This document shows, piece by piece, positions 32,996 to 43,062 of a DNA stretch of 43,563 nt. Source of the DNA: a virus; UHGV virus genome UHGV-0327455; one strand, given 5' to 3'. The notes beneath the pieces were generated by a model that saw nothing but the letters and a program-made list of their open reading frames with translations, ran no database searches and was not told where the DNA came from. Position 1 is the first letter of the stretch. Each line of letters opens with the position of its first letter. The position numbers and the translations under genes were made by a program.

Positions 32996-33565
32996 TTAAG
33001 CCGTACCAAAAATTATCATAGTTACCCATTTTTTTCCGGAAAATGTAGAACCAGCTGTTGCAATTTTTAAATTATTTCCGTCTTTTACTGCTGTAAAATT
33101 GTAAACACCGCTATCTTCAACTTTTGTTTGACATATACCGCTAGCATATGTAGGAATGCTTCCAAAAATAGATTGAAGTGTCTTAGTTGCTACTCCATTT
33201 GTAAAGGTAAACTCTTCGATAATTAAAACAATTGTTGTAGTTTTAACTTTTATTTTAAAATATCCCGAATCTAAATTACTATTTTGTTTAGCAATCGCAG
33301 TCACCACATCCGCTGCACTGTCTGGCAATTTCGATACATCACCGATCTTCTGATTTACAGAATACAACGCTGCCATACTGGCAATCTTATCCGGATCATT
33401 AACGATCTGGCTTACTACTGCTGCTGCAATGGCTTCAATGGCATCACTGTTTCCTTTTATTCCTTCCTCCATATGTGTCAGTCTTTCCGCTGATAATGGC
33501 GTACTGGTATCAGGCTTATTTTTCCAAAGCTGTTTTACATAAGCCGTAAAGCTGCTTAATTTCAT
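32996..33565 (-). CDS. putative receptor-binding / tail fibre tip protein (low-GC)
   Basis: 189 aa; the C-terminal half is beta-rich. GC is markedly lower than the neighbouring tail genes. Confidence 0.45.
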   Translation of the reverse strand: MKLSSFTAYVKQLWKNKPDTSTPLSAERLTHMEEGIKGNSDAIEAIAAAVVSQIVNDPDKIASMAALYSVNQKIGDVSKLPDSAADVVTAIAKQNSNLDSGYFKIKVKTTTIVLIIEEFTFTNGVATKTLQSIFGSIPTYASGICQTKVEDSGVYNFTAVKDGNNLKIATAGSTFSGKKWVTMIIFGTA

Positions 33566-33786
33566 GTTTCTATTCCTCCTTCAGTTGGATAAATATCTTT
33601 TGATGGATACAGGTCTGTATCTGGATGCAGGGTAAACAGATCCTCTCCAGGATAAAGCGTGGTTGCCGGATATAAGGTTGTCTGTGGATACAGGGTATAA
33701 ATTTCAACCTCGATCTTTATCTTCCCGCCTGCAGTCACCGGGTTTGGCGTGATCGATACTGATTGGATATAAATACTGTCTGCCAT
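33562..33786 (-). CDS. small repeat-containing tail protein (TLYP/DLYP repeats)
   Basis: 74 aa with repeated (T/D)LYP motifs. It overlaps the neighbouring genes by 4 and 1 nt. Confidence 0.4.
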   Translation of the reverse strand: MADSIYIQSVSITPNPVTAGGKIKIEVEIYTLYPQTTLYPATTLYPGEDLFTLHPDTDLYPSKDIYPTEGGIET

Positions 33787-34052
33787 TATTCAGCCACCAC
33801 CTCTATACATTCCATCAAAATCTCTTCTGCTACTTTATAGGTGAAATAAAGGCGATAGGTCACACGTTTTTGCGGAGCTATCATGGCACGGATCACATCC
33901 CCATTGATCTCACATTCACCCTGGGCTTCGGTTTCATAGTTGCCTTTAAGTTCCCAGGTGGCATCCCGGATCGTGAAGGGAGCCTGATCTCTTGCGTGTA
34001 TCCGAAGTCCAATGCTTTTATTTTCACCTACATAGAAATGGACCCGTTGCAT
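33786..34052 (-). CDS. hypothetical tail-associated protein
   Basis: 88-aa ORF coupled to its neighbours. Confidence 0.4.
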   Translation of the reverse strand: MQRVHFYVGENKSIGLRIHARDQAPFTIRDATWELKGNYETEAQGECEINGDVIRAMIAPQKRVTYRLYFTYKVAEEILMECIEVVAE

Positions 34053-34357
34053 CTTTTTCCTCCTTCCACTAACAGTTCCGTATAAATCTGCGGTGCTACA
34101 AGTTCAGCCTCCCATTCCGTTTCAAGAAGCTGTCCATAGTAAGGAACCGGCTCCACATGAGCACACAGCAATGCTGTATTGACTACAAACAACATCTTTG
34201 CTATATATGCCTGATTACCAGCCTCATCCTCTGCCAGGATCTCCACCACATATTCCCCGTCCGTATCAAAGGGGACCGGTACATTCCACCAGTCCCCTTC
34301 TGATCGGTTCAGCTCGACTTCACAGCCGTCTACACGGCCAAAAACACGTTTGACCAT
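34028..34357 (-). CDS. hypothetical tail-associated protein
   Basis: 109-aa ORF. Confidence 0.4.
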   Translation of the reverse strand: MVKRVFGRVDGCEVELNRSEGDWWNVPVPFDTDGEYVVEILAEDEAGNQAYIAKMLFVVNTALLCAHVEPVPYYGQLLETEWEAELVAPQIYTELLVEGGKRCNGSISM

Positions 34358-34369
34358 TATAGCCTCCTA

Positions 34370-35284
34370 TTAGTCGGTAACCTCCACGCTGATCACATAG
34401 GTCTTGCCACAGTCTACTGGGTTTGGATTGATCGTTACAGACTTGATCACAGGCGCTGTTGTATCTACTGTTACGGTTCTGGTAACGGTTGTAGTCTTAC
34501 CTGCAGAGTCTTTCGCAACAACTGTAATGGTATTTGTACCAGTAACCAGTGTCAGTGCCTTACTAAAGGTACCATCAGATCCGACTGTTACTGTTTCCGC
34601 AGTACCACTGTTCAGCTTGACTGTTACTGTAACAGGGCTGGAAGTTGCGTCATTGGTAGTACCGGTAACAGTAACCGCAGTCTTGTTGGTAACCAGTTTA
34701 TCTGCCGGAGCTGTGATAGAAAGTGTAGGTGGTACAGTATCGATCTTGAATGTAACGGTCTTCTGTGTAGCCGCATTTCCATCAAAGTCAGATGCATCGA
34801 TCTTAATTGTATGGCTGCCATCTGCCAGAGCTGTAGTTGGAGTATAAGTACACTCATATCCACCTGTAACAGCTGTTTTAGTAATGCTGTCACCTGTAAC
34901 CTTGCTGCCACTGTCAATGGTAATACCAATAGTTGCAGGATTAACACCAGAATCCGCATCTGTTACTTTCCACTTAATAGTTGGCTTATTGTTGGTGATA
35001 TAAGATCCTGCTGTTGGACTGGTAATGGTAATAGCCGGTGCAACTTTCTCTTTTACTTTTAATTTCAGACTGACTCCCAAGGTCGTATCTGAATCCGTCT
35101 TTGTCGTTGTATTTCCAGCCACATCCGTTGCCTTGACCGTTACCGGATAATAATGTCCGTCATTGATGGTATAACTGGACTTAGATGGAGCTGTGATCGT
35201 AGCTTCATATTTTCCTGTGCTGGAATTTAATGTTAATGTAGTTGTTACGCCATTAATGATGGCCTGTACTGTTTTTACTGCCAT
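34370..35284 (-). CDS. Ig-like (Big-type) domain tail fibre / host-specificity protein
   Basis: 304 aa, extremely Thr/Val/Ser-rich with repeated beta-sandwich-like units (TVTVKLNSGTAETVTVGSDGTFSK...). Confidence 0.55.
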   Translation of the reverse strand: MAVKTVQAIINGVTTTLTLNSSTGKYEATITAPSKSSYTINDGHYYPVTVKATDVAGNTTTKTDSDTTLGVSLKLKVKEKVAPAITITSPTAGSYITNNKPTIKWKVTDADSGVNPATIGITIDSGSKVTGDSITKTAVTGGYECTYTPTTALADGSHTIKIDASDFDGNAATQKTVTFKIDTVPPTLSITAPADKLVTNKTAVTVTGTTNDATSSPVTVTVKLNSGTAETVTVGSDGTFSKALTLVTGTNTITVVAKDSAGKTTTVTRTVTVDTTAPVIKSVTINPNPVDCGKTYVISVEVTD

Positions 35285-35428
35285 TATTTTATCTCCTTCT
35301 TTTTATCTGTTTTTTCTAACCCACGTACAACAACCGCTGCATTACTGAGCAGCGCCGCCTGATCCGGGCCGGTTACAATAAGATGATCAAAAATATAGAG
35401 CAACGTTGCCCGCTGCTCCTCTGATAAG

Positions 35429-37528
35429 TTATACATGTGCTTCCTTTCTGATCAGGCTTTTCAGCCTGTCAATTTCCTCCTGCTGGCTCTGCATAGCAGC
35501 TACCAGCAGGGGAATGTAATTGGTATACGGGATGGTAAAATATCTTCCACTATGTCCATACAGAGGAAGGTTTAACCCCTGTTTTCTGCATATCCTGCGG
35601 ACATCCTGAGCAATAAAACCTATACCTTCATGGTCTGTCCGTTTCATATTGTAGGATACCGGCTGGAGCTGTTTGATGATCTGAAGTGCTGTTCCTGTAT
35701 CTACTTTATGGATATTTTCCTTTAATCTTCGGTCTGAGTACTCATCTATTGTCCCAATGATCGTATTGGCTCTGAGCTTGTCACACCCAATGGTATTGGC
35801 GCCTATATCCGCCATGGACGCATAACAATCTACAGAAAAAGTATCCCTGCATGTAAATCTGGATGCAAGTACGGTTTCACCATAAATGGTAGCACCTGTA
35901 GCAGTGGTACCGATCTCTATATTTTTTGCAAGGACTTTACCATTCTGATCTACCGTAAACTGACCATCACCAACATTGATACTTCCCTTGAACAGACCTT
36001 CCACTACGGTCAGTTTCCCGTCTGCAGTCAAGGAAGAATAGGTGGACGTCCAGCTAAAGCGATTGCCTTTAATATCAATGCCGCCACTTTCAATGGATAA
36101 TTGAGCCGATACTTCTCCCTTTTTAACCATCAGTTTTATGTTCTCTGCCGTCATCGTGATTTGAGAAGATAATTCTCCTTCTGCAGCAGACGCTCGTTTT
36201 ACTTCTGCGGCGATCTGTTCTGCAGTGATCGTCAGTTTTGCCTCTGTCCGTTTTTCCAGATCTACCAGGTTTGCTGATACTTCATCTACATTTTTCTTTA
36301 AATATGCAGCCTTGCCTTTTAAGCGGATAATGTCCGCGTTGGTCCCCTGCTCTTCCTTTCGTATTTCTTCACCTGTTGCGCTATAGGTATCCTGTAAGGC
36401 ATGGATCCCTTTCATCGTCCTCTTAATGATGTAAGAAACAATTGTCCCTTCTTCCGACTTGATCAAGCCGGCATCTCCCAGTTCTAAATATGGCAAGCCT
36501 TTTAGCAGATCACATTCGTAAGGAACATAAGGCCGGCTGCTCACCATTCCATAAATCCCCGCTGCGATCTGCTGTAATTCATCTGCGCCCTTGCCGTATA
36601 GCAGGAAATTACCTTCTACTACCAGACAATTACCGGTTCCATAGATCGCACCAATATCCTCTTCTTCCTGGCGGATCTGTACCGCTTCAATTGCTTTTAC
36701 CGTGTAATCTTCAAAAACACAAGATTTATACAGATTTTGTGAAATTATTTCATCATAGACCTGCTCATTCATTTCACCTGGAACAAGAGGATATAATTCA
36801 TCTGACGGATACAGATTTTCAGCTGGTGCCAAAATATAATTCGGTTGCAATGCAATATGCTGTAAAATCCCTTCCCGGTCAAAATGGCCAAACACACCAT
36901 TCATCTGTTCACATGCAATCAAAGTATCCCGACCAGACAATTCTTCTACACTCATTGTCTTTTCAATCAAAATACTGTCATTTGGAAGATAAGATGGAAC
37001 CTTTTCCGTCACACCAACGTACTGACATAAACTGGATCTGAATTCTTTCAATGTCATTGGAAACAAAAGATTGTTATACCACTGTGCCACATTTACATCA
37101 AATAGAGACATCTGGTCCAGACCCACAATATCCAGGTATTTTCTATCTGTTTCTTTTTCTGCGGATTTAATGATATATACTCCTAAAGGCATCCGATATC
37201 CATTAGGATATATATCATCACCTGGAAACAGGCCTGCTTCTGGCCATATTCCCTCCAGGATCTGATAAACTTTCATTCTGGCTTCTTTTACAACTTCCGT
37301 AACATTAAGAAGTGTAATTTTTAACTGTGATGCCTCGCAGCTTCCAAATTCCAGATTTTCATTACTGGACAATGCCTCATCCAGTTCCATTGTTTCCGCT
37401 TTTATGTTACTGCTTGAAAGATGCAGGTAAGGTTCTTCTTCTCCTTTGTGATAAAAGTCCAGGATCAGCTGTTTATCTGTACTGTCTGCCCGATACAGTT
37501 CTTTTAATCGTTCATCCACATTTAACAT
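35429..37528 (-). CDS. tail-associated lysin/Tal-like protein with C-terminal peptidase S74 intramolecular chaperone domain
   Basis: The N-terminus is typical of siphovirus Tal (prophage tail endopeptidase). The C-terminal SDRRLKENIHKVDTGTALQIIKQLQPVSYNMKRTDHEGIGFIAQDV matches the S74 autoproteolytic chaperone. Confidence 0.7.
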   Translation of the reverse strand: MLNVDERLKELYRADSTDKQLILDFYHKGEEEPYLHLSSSNIKAETMELDEALSSNENLEFGSCEASQLKITLLNVTEVVKEARMKVYQILEGIWPEAGLFPGDDIYPNGYRMPLGVYIIKSAEKETDRKYLDIVGLDQMSLFDVNVAQWYNNLLFPMTLKEFRSSLCQYVGVTEKVPSYLPNDSILIEKTMSVEELSGRDTLIACEQMNGVFGHFDREGILQHIALQPNYILAPAENLYPSDELYPLVPGEMNEQVYDEIISQNLYKSCVFEDYTVKAIEAVQIRQEEEDIGAIYGTGNCLVVEGNFLLYGKGADELQQIAAGIYGMVSSRPYVPYECDLLKGLPYLELGDAGLIKSEEGTIVSYIIKRTMKGIHALQDTYSATGEEIRKEEQGTNADIIRLKGKAAYLKKNVDEVSANLVDLEKRTEAKLTITAEQIAAEVKRASAAEGELSSQITMTAENIKLMVKKGEVSAQLSIESGGIDIKGNRFSWTSTYSSLTADGKLTVVEGLFKGSINVGDGQFTVDQNGKVLAKNIEIGTTATGATIYGETVLASRFTCRDTFSVDCYASMADIGANTIGCDKLRANTIIGTIDEYSDRRLKENIHKVDTGTALQIIKQLQPVSYNMKRTDHEGIGFIAQDVRRICRKQGLNLPLYGHSGRYFTIPYTNYIPLLVAAMQSQQEEIDRLKSLIRKEAHV

Positions 37529-37539
37529 AAGCTGCCTCC

Positions 37540-37950
37540 CTAATATTCTGTCAACTGAATATCAAATGGCTCATAGACCATATCCAGTTTTCTTTCATTC
37601 ACATGAGAGATCGTATATTCAATATCTGCGATATAAAATACTCCTGACTTATAATCCATTTCCTCATCGTTCCAATACGTGACAGATACCTTTCTTTCCC
37701 GCTCTCCTCCTGACACGATCCCCGCATCTATGATCGCTTTAACGACTATCTTTTCACCCAGATACAGTTTCCGGATCGGTACTGTCAGGCTCGTCTTATA
37801 ATTCGGCGATGTCTGACGGTGGAGCAATGCCGTTGCATCACGGGATGCATCCAGTTCCAGTCTCTGATTGGGTGTACTTTTATATTTCTCCAGATACTTA
37901 TTCGGAAGGACGGTATTTCCAAACTTTATAAGCCATCCTTTAAAAGCCAT
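37540..37950 (-). CDS. distal tail protein (Dit)-like, small
   Basis: 136 aa, immediately after the tape measure gene (canonical Dit position), though shorter than a typical Dit. Confidence 0.45.
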   Translation of the reverse strand: MAFKGWLIKFGNTVLPNKYLEKYKSTPNQRLELDASRDATALLHRQTSPNYKTSLTVPIRKLYLGEKIVVKAIIDAGIVSGGERERKVSVTYWNDEEMDYKSGVFYIADIEYTISHVNERKLDMVYEPFDIQLTEY

Positions 37951-37962
37951 AGTCCTTTCTCC

Positions 37963-40900
37963 TTACATAAGCAGCGGATTTTTTCCCGTCTGCTTTCTTG
38001 CCAACCGGTTACGTTTTACCACATTTTCATACACTACCTTTCCATCCAGATTGATCATCAGCTGAATATCTCCACCCAGTCCAGCACCTGCCTCTTTCAA
38101 AGCTTCCAGCAATGCCTGCTTGATCGTAGACAATGGAGAGACAACTTCTGCTTCCCGGTTGTTGTCTCCAAGGATCGCCGCAAATTCTCCGGCCTGTCTT
38201 GGAACAACGGTTCCTGTAGCCAGTCTAGGAAGTTTCATCGATGAGACATTAAATCCAAAATGCTGACCACCGGCAAGGGGCACCCAGTCCGGTACATCAA
38301 AACTGATACCATTTAAACCTTCCACAATATGATTGATCGCAACTTCTACTGTGGAAATGATCCCGTTAAAAACACTCTTAAATATATCTTTTATACCATT
38401 TAAGGCCTTTTCCATATCTCCGGTAAATACGCCCTGTATAAACTCCAGGATGCCGTTTAAAGCGTCTGTTACACCTTGGGCTGCAGTGCTTACTACTGCA
38501 AGAAGCGCAGTAAAAAATCCTCCAACATTTTCAATGGCTGCACCAATAAGCGGGGCAAAACTCTGAACGATCCAGTTTAAAAGCGACTGCAGTACCTGGT
38601 TCCATAAGACGGTTAGGGTATCTGCAACGTTTCCGAATAATTCTACAAAACTTTTAATAAATGGCTGCAAATATTGGCTTTTGACTTCTGTAAATTTATC
38701 TGCCACTTTCTGAAGTGCCGGCAATATGTATGTTTCAAATGCTTCCAGAGCGCTTTTGTGGATTTCTGTAAGTCCCTCTGTAAATGCGTCAAACATAGGT
38801 GCTACATGCTCATCATATGTCTGGTTTATCTGATCAAACGCATCTGTAAACAGATCTTTAAGATCTCCCATTATCTGAGCAGCAACTCCCAGAAGCCCGT
38901 CAAATGCCTGTTTAAAACCGGCCGTATTATTTGTAAGAGGCGTCAGCAGGGCGTTTAAAAGATCCCACCCAAGCTTGGCAAACACTTCTGTCAAACCCAT
39001 GAAGGAGTTGGAAAAAAAGCCGATCAGATTTGCAGTAAATGTCTGCCCGTTTTCATCTGCAAAGACACTGAATACTTCTGCGAAAGCTGCGGAAAAATTT
39101 GCCACAATATCTGCTATGTCCCCGGTTATATCAAACATGTCTATGATATATTGCTTGATCCGTTCCCGGACTTCTTCCAGATACTTTGCAGTGCCACCGA
39201 CCAGGTTTGCTGCCAGCGTAATACCAACTGACGCAACAGAACCTGCAATCACGCCTAAATCATAGACCATTTTATTTCCCCAGGTACTTGCTGCAGCCTG
39301 GACTCGCGGATCTGAAAAAATATCAGCCAGGCTTTCCTTAATACTCTGAAGCCCTTTCTGGATCGTAGCGAACCGGGAAGTAGTATCTCCTAATCCTACC
39401 TTAAATCCTTTGGCAAACAGATTAGACAGATCACTCCATTTCTTTTTTAATGCATCCAGGGCTTTTGACAGTGAGCTGGATACTGCCACCGTTTCAAACA
39501 TCTGGGACGGATCTGTTCCGGAACCGCCGCCTCCGCCACCTGCATTATTTTGACTTAAGACATTTAATTTATCAAAAGCTGCCAGACTATTCTTTGCATC
39601 TTTTGCTGCGCTTCCTGTCTTTTTAAGACTTTTTGCATAATCTTCCTGGGTCTTCTTAGCCTTCACAAAGGTGGATTTCCCAGTTAATGCCGCTACCAGT
39701 TGCCCGATCCAGGCCAGTGCCTGGGCTATCGCATCAATCAATGCAGTGATTGCCGGTACCGCAACACTTAAAATGGGAGCAAAACCGGCTGCCAGGCTGT
39801 TCTTTAAATACAATAAAGAAGAGGACAGACCGGATAATGTCTGGTTTGCGCTTCCGGAATATCTTGCAAGGTTTTGAAAGCCTTCCTTTGTCGCGCTCAT
39901 CACTGCCATTACCGCCTGCATGACAAACCGCATCATCATCATGCGACTGATCCGGCCTAAGAGCTGCATCCCTTTCCCTGAGTTTTTCGCCGCTTTACCA
40001 GCGCCATTTACAGAGTCCCTTAATTTATCCGCAGATGCTTTTGCCTTTTTCTGTCCGGCATCTGCATTTAAAAGAGATTTTTTATATTCATTCTCTGCCT
40101 GGATCACCTGCTGCAGTTGAACATAGGTCTGATCATAATCTGCATCTCCAAGTGATATTCCCTGCTGCTCCATTCCCAGTAGTTTACTTCTGAGTGCTTC
40201 CTTCTGTCCTTCAAAAGAGTCTGCGTCAAACTGAACCGGGATTTTAACAGGAGTGGTAAGGTTCTTTTTATAAGTGTTCAATTCGGACTGTGCCTGGTTT
40301 AAAGCTTTATAGGTACTGTCATACAAGGCATCACCAAAGCTTTTTCCCTGGCTTTCCAGGTCTTTGAGTTCTTTCTTTAAACGATCAATCTTCCCCTGCA
40401 GGGAGTCCGCCGGAAAAATAACTGCGTCTGGCGTTGGATTAGTCAGTTCCTGCTTATAATCTTTTAAAGCCTGCTTGACTTTTTCCAACTTCAGATAAGC
40501 CTCATCATATTTTTCGTCACCAAAGTACATCCCCTGGCTTTCCAGGTCTTTGAGTTCTTGCTTCAATTCGCTGATCTTCTGTGCAAATTCATTGGTTGCC
40601 TTTTCCGCTTCCTCTTCTCCGGATACATACTTATCAATAAATTCTATTGCCGCAGGATCATAACCATATGCTGAAGGATCGTCTACCTTTACCCGTCTGG
40701 CAGGTGTCGGCTCCTGTTCCTGGTATTCCCCACGATCTACTTTGATGGCATCCATCTGTTCCTGCAGGCTTTTGGTCTGTCTTTCTGCCTGTTTAGCTGA
40801 CTCTGTTACCTGATCAATTCCCTCAGCTGCCTTGGAAGACTGGGCTGCTGCTGTTTCTGCCGCCTGGCCCACATTATTAAACACATTTGAAATATTGTCA

Positions 40901-41061
40901 GAAAGCCTGTCAACTGCTTTAGTGAGTCTGTCAAAAGCTTTTTCCAGTGTTCCGGTTCCTTTTTCCAGTCCAGAGGTATCAATTTTTGTATCAAATTTCA
41001 GACTGCCATCAGCTGCCATATCCTCACCTCTTTTCCAGGCATCAAAATAAGACGCTGTCAC
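37963..41061 (-). CDS. tape measure protein (1032 aa) with three tandem ~50-aa repeats
   Basis: Length, central hydrophobic segments and a Gly-rich stretch (NAGGGGGGSGTD). The repeats are ELKDLESQG.YFGD..YD..Y..L (protein 160-333; DNA about 40062..40581). Confidence 0.85.
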   Translation of the reverse strand: MTASYFDAWKRGEDMAADGSLKFDTKIDTSGLEKGTGTLEKAFDRLTKAVDRLSDNISNVFNNVGQAAETAAAQSSKAAEGIDQVTESAKQAERQTKSLQEQMDAIKVDRGEYQEQEPTPARRVKVDDPSAYGYDPAAIEFIDKYVSGEEEAEKATNEFAQKISELKQELKDLESQGMYFGDEKYDEAYLKLEKVKQALKDYKQELTNPTPDAVIFPADSLQGKIDRLKKELKDLESQGKSFGDALYDSTYKALNQAQSELNTYKKNLTTPVKIPVQFDADSFEGQKEALRSKLLGMEQQGISLGDADYDQTYVQLQQVIQAENEYKKSLLNADAGQKKAKASADKLRDSVNGAGKAAKNSGKGMQLLGRISRMMMMRFVMQAVMAVMSATKEGFQNLARYSGSANQTLSGLSSSLLYLKNSLAAGFAPILSVAVPAITALIDAIAQALAWIGQLVAALTGKSTFVKAKKTQEDYAKSLKKTGSAAKDAKNSLAAFDKLNVLSQNNAGGGGGGSGTDPSQMFETVAVSSSLSKALDALKKKWSDLSNLFAKGFKVGLGDTTSRFATIQKGLQSIKESLADIFSDPRVQAAASTWGNKMVYDLGVIAGSVASVGITLAANLVGGTAKYLEEVRERIKQYIIDMFDITGDIADIVANFSAAFAEVFSVFADENGQTFTANLIGFFSNSFMGLTEVFAKLGWDLLNALLTPLTNNTAGFKQAFDGLLGVAAQIMGDLKDLFTDAFDQINQTYDEHVAPMFDAFTEGLTEIHKSALEAFETYILPALQKVADKFTEVKSQYLQPFIKSFVELFGNVADTLTVLWNQVLQSLLNWIVQSFAPLIGAAIENVGGFFTALLAVVSTAAQGVTDALNGILEFIQGVFTGDMEKALNGIKDIFKSVFNGIISTVEVAINHIVEGLNGISFDVPDWVPLAGGQHFGFNVSSMKLPRLATGTVVPRQAGEFAAILGDNNREAEVVSPLSTIKQALLEALKEAGAGLGGDIQLMINLDGKVVYENVVKRNRLARKQTGKNPLLM

Positions 41062-41066
41062 GCGCC

Positions 41067-41633
41067 TCAGCCTAATAACTTATTCCAATAGTCAATTTCT
41101 TCCTGTTCTTCTTTCGTATACCGTTTCTTAAGGTCACAGATCTTTTTATTGTTTCTACGAAATTCTCTTTCCCATTTTTCCAGGTGCTTACCTTTTGCCA
41201 TTTTCTGCCGGATCCCCAGTACGGTGGAAAAGATACCTTCCCGGATTTCCATGAAATATCCCACAAAGGTCCACCAGTGAATATATGGGACGGATCTTAC
41301 TTCGCATCCGGCCACCTGGTTGATAGCCGGAAACAGGATCGGCTCATCCTGCTCCCAGTCCATCACCTTGACCGGCATTATATCCTCTTCATCTTCCTGG
41401 CCACAGTCCAGGAACCAGAGCGCCTTTTTAGCTGCCTCTTCATAAAGTTCCTTTGGCATATCTGTCCAGCCTTCATACAGGATCTTACACATAACCACGT
41501 GAGCTTCTTCTACCGTAAGCTCTGGATCATTAAACGCCTGCATGATCACCAGGATATCCCTGTAGTCCGTTCTGATCTTCCATTCCTTTTTGCCTACCTT
41601 AAGAGTGACAGGAAGCTGGCCTAACCGGATCAT
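41067..41633 (-). CDS. tail assembly chaperone (gp15/T-like)
   Basis: 188 aa, between the G-like chaperone and the tape measure gene. It overlaps the upstream gene by 4 nt (ATGA). Confidence 0.45.
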   Translation of the reverse strand: MIRLGQLPVTLKVGKKEWKIRTDYRDILVIMQAFNDPELTVEEAHVVMCKILYEGWTDMPKELYEEAAKKALWFLDCGQEDEEDIMPVKVMDWEQDEPILFPAINQVAGCEVRSVPYIHWWTFVGYFMEIREGIFSTVLGIRQKMAKGKHLEKWEREFRRNNKKICDLKKRYTKEEQEEIDYWNKLLG

Positions 41634-42076
41634 TTTGTATAGCCGGCCGTATACTTCTGGATCCGCTTATTGCTTGCCTCTACTCCGGCTTTCATGTTTT
41701 TCTTGATGATCGGCATCAGACCGTTCATAACGGACTCAAACAGGAGCTTTCCGCCTTTTACTGGTGAAAATGGAGACTGACCATTAAACAGCGTGTCATA
41801 AACGTCTGCGTTAAAAATAGCATTAAAACAGTCTTTTACGCCCTGCTCTGCTTTCTTCCACTCAATACTTGCATTTTCATCTGTTGGATCTACGGTACCG
41901 TCCTCCAAAAGCTTGACGTTGCCCTGAAGCTCATCTTTCACATGCCCCAGCTTCTCCATTTCATCCATGCAGCGCTGCCACATATTCAGATCAGAAGGAT
42001 TAATCCGGATCACACGGTCCGGATCATCATTTATCATGTACTCCTTATAACCTTCATCAAATTTAAGGCTTTCCAT
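41630..42076 (-). CDS. tail assembly chaperone (G-like)
   Basis: 148-aa acidic protein, directly after the major tail gene. Confidence 0.5.
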   Translation of the reverse strand: MESLKFDEGYKEYMINDDPDRVIRINPSDLNMWQRCMDEMEKLGHVKDELQGNVKLLEDGTVDPTDENASIEWKKAEQGVKDCFNAIFNADVYDTLFNGQSPFSPVKGGKLLFESVMNGLMPIIKKNMKAGVEASNKRIQKYTAGYTK

Positions 42077-42087
42077 ATATAGTCTCC

Positions 42088-42606
42088 TTATTCACTGTCA
42101 GGTGTAAACGTCTTTGTTTCTAAGGCAAAAGTTCCCTTTACTCTGTTGCCTGTATGATGTACATTAAACGGGATCTGATAACCGGTGGTATCTCCGCCAT
42201 AGCTTGACACTTCAATAATCACATCTTCGCGATAAGCCACATAAGAGCCTGCTGCTCCAGATGCCGACTCCCAAAGGTGTACTTCAACAACGGTAGTTTT
42301 TAAGTCATCTAGGGTCTGACGTTCATCAATGATCCCCTGAAGCCGTTCAAACATAGGATCACCCACAACCGCATAAAACGGATCTGCCGTAGCCTGTGGC
42401 TGGTAGCTGTCCAATGTAACGGATGTTTCACCCAGAATATTGTTCTTGGTATCCACATTGGCATTCATTTCTACGTTGTATTCTTCCAGGTCTTTTCCTA
42501 AACGGACATAAGCTGTTTCCTTTGTGCCCGGAAGAGCAGAGTCAATAAAGTTACCCATGAATTTTCTTTTGATCTTCTGTCCTGCAATAGGTGCTTTATC
42601 TGCCAT
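42088..42606 (-). CDS. major tail protein
   Basis: 172 aa, beta-rich, in canonical position before the chaperones and tape measure. Confidence 0.65.
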   Translation of the reverse strand: MADKAPIAGQKIKRKFMGNFIDSALPGTKETAYVRLGKDLEEYNVEMNANVDTKNNILGETSVTLDSYQPQATADPFYAVVGDPMFERLQGIIDERQTLDDLKTTVVEVHLWESASGAAGSYVAYREDVIIEVSSYGGDTTGYQIPFNVHHTGNRVKGTFALETKTFTPDSE

Positions 42607-43062
42607 TTATTCTTCCTCACTTTCTACTTTGTACTGGGCATAGATCTGCAGCTGATACATAACGCCCTGATCAACGGTATCTCCCATCAGGCCCATGCTC
42701 ATGGCATTGGCTGTGGTTGCCTTTAAAAATGTGGCCTCTTTCACTTCATCACCCACATTTACTTCTATTCCACTCTCTTCTGGAAGCTGCTCTAGCCAAT
42801 AGGCCAGTTCCAAAAGGAAATTGCTGTTTGCCAGCCGGTTGTAATCTGTAAAGGACTGTCCCACTGCATACATAACAAAGTTATGCCTGCGGATCTGATT
42901 ACCCAGGATATCTTCTTTCACCAGGCTGTCACCATTGCTGGACAGGCCGTAATTAACCGGATCCGGTTCTGTAAAATCAATGTGAATATCATCACCGGTC
43001 AGAAACTCGGATATCTTGGGATATTCCGTTAGTTTCTGACGCATATATTCAATGATCGTCAT
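42607..43062 (-). CDS. tail completion / tail terminator protein
   Basis: 151 aa, in synteny between the head-tail joining genes and the major tail gene. Confidence 0.45.
   Translation of the reverse strand: MTIIEYMRQKLTEYPKISEFLTGDDIHIDFTEPDPVNYGLSSNGDSLVKEDILGNQIRRHNFVMYAVGQSFTDYNRLANSNFLLELAYWLEQLPEESGIEVNVGDEVKEATFLKATTANAMSMGLMGDTVDQGVMYQLQIYAQYKVESEEE

Noticed and set aside
36490-39265. Plus-strand ORFs inside the Tal and tape-measure genes (36490..37041, 38674..38958, 38975..39265 etc.)
   Set aside because: Same reasoning: antisense to long structural genes with strong positional and motif support.
41067-42076. Programmed -1 frameshift between the two tail assembly chaperone genes (G/GT-like)
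   Set aside because: I looked for an X_XXY_YYZ slippery heptamer near the 41630..41633 overlap and found only an ATGA start/stop overlap. There is no evident slip site, so I annotate two separate genes.
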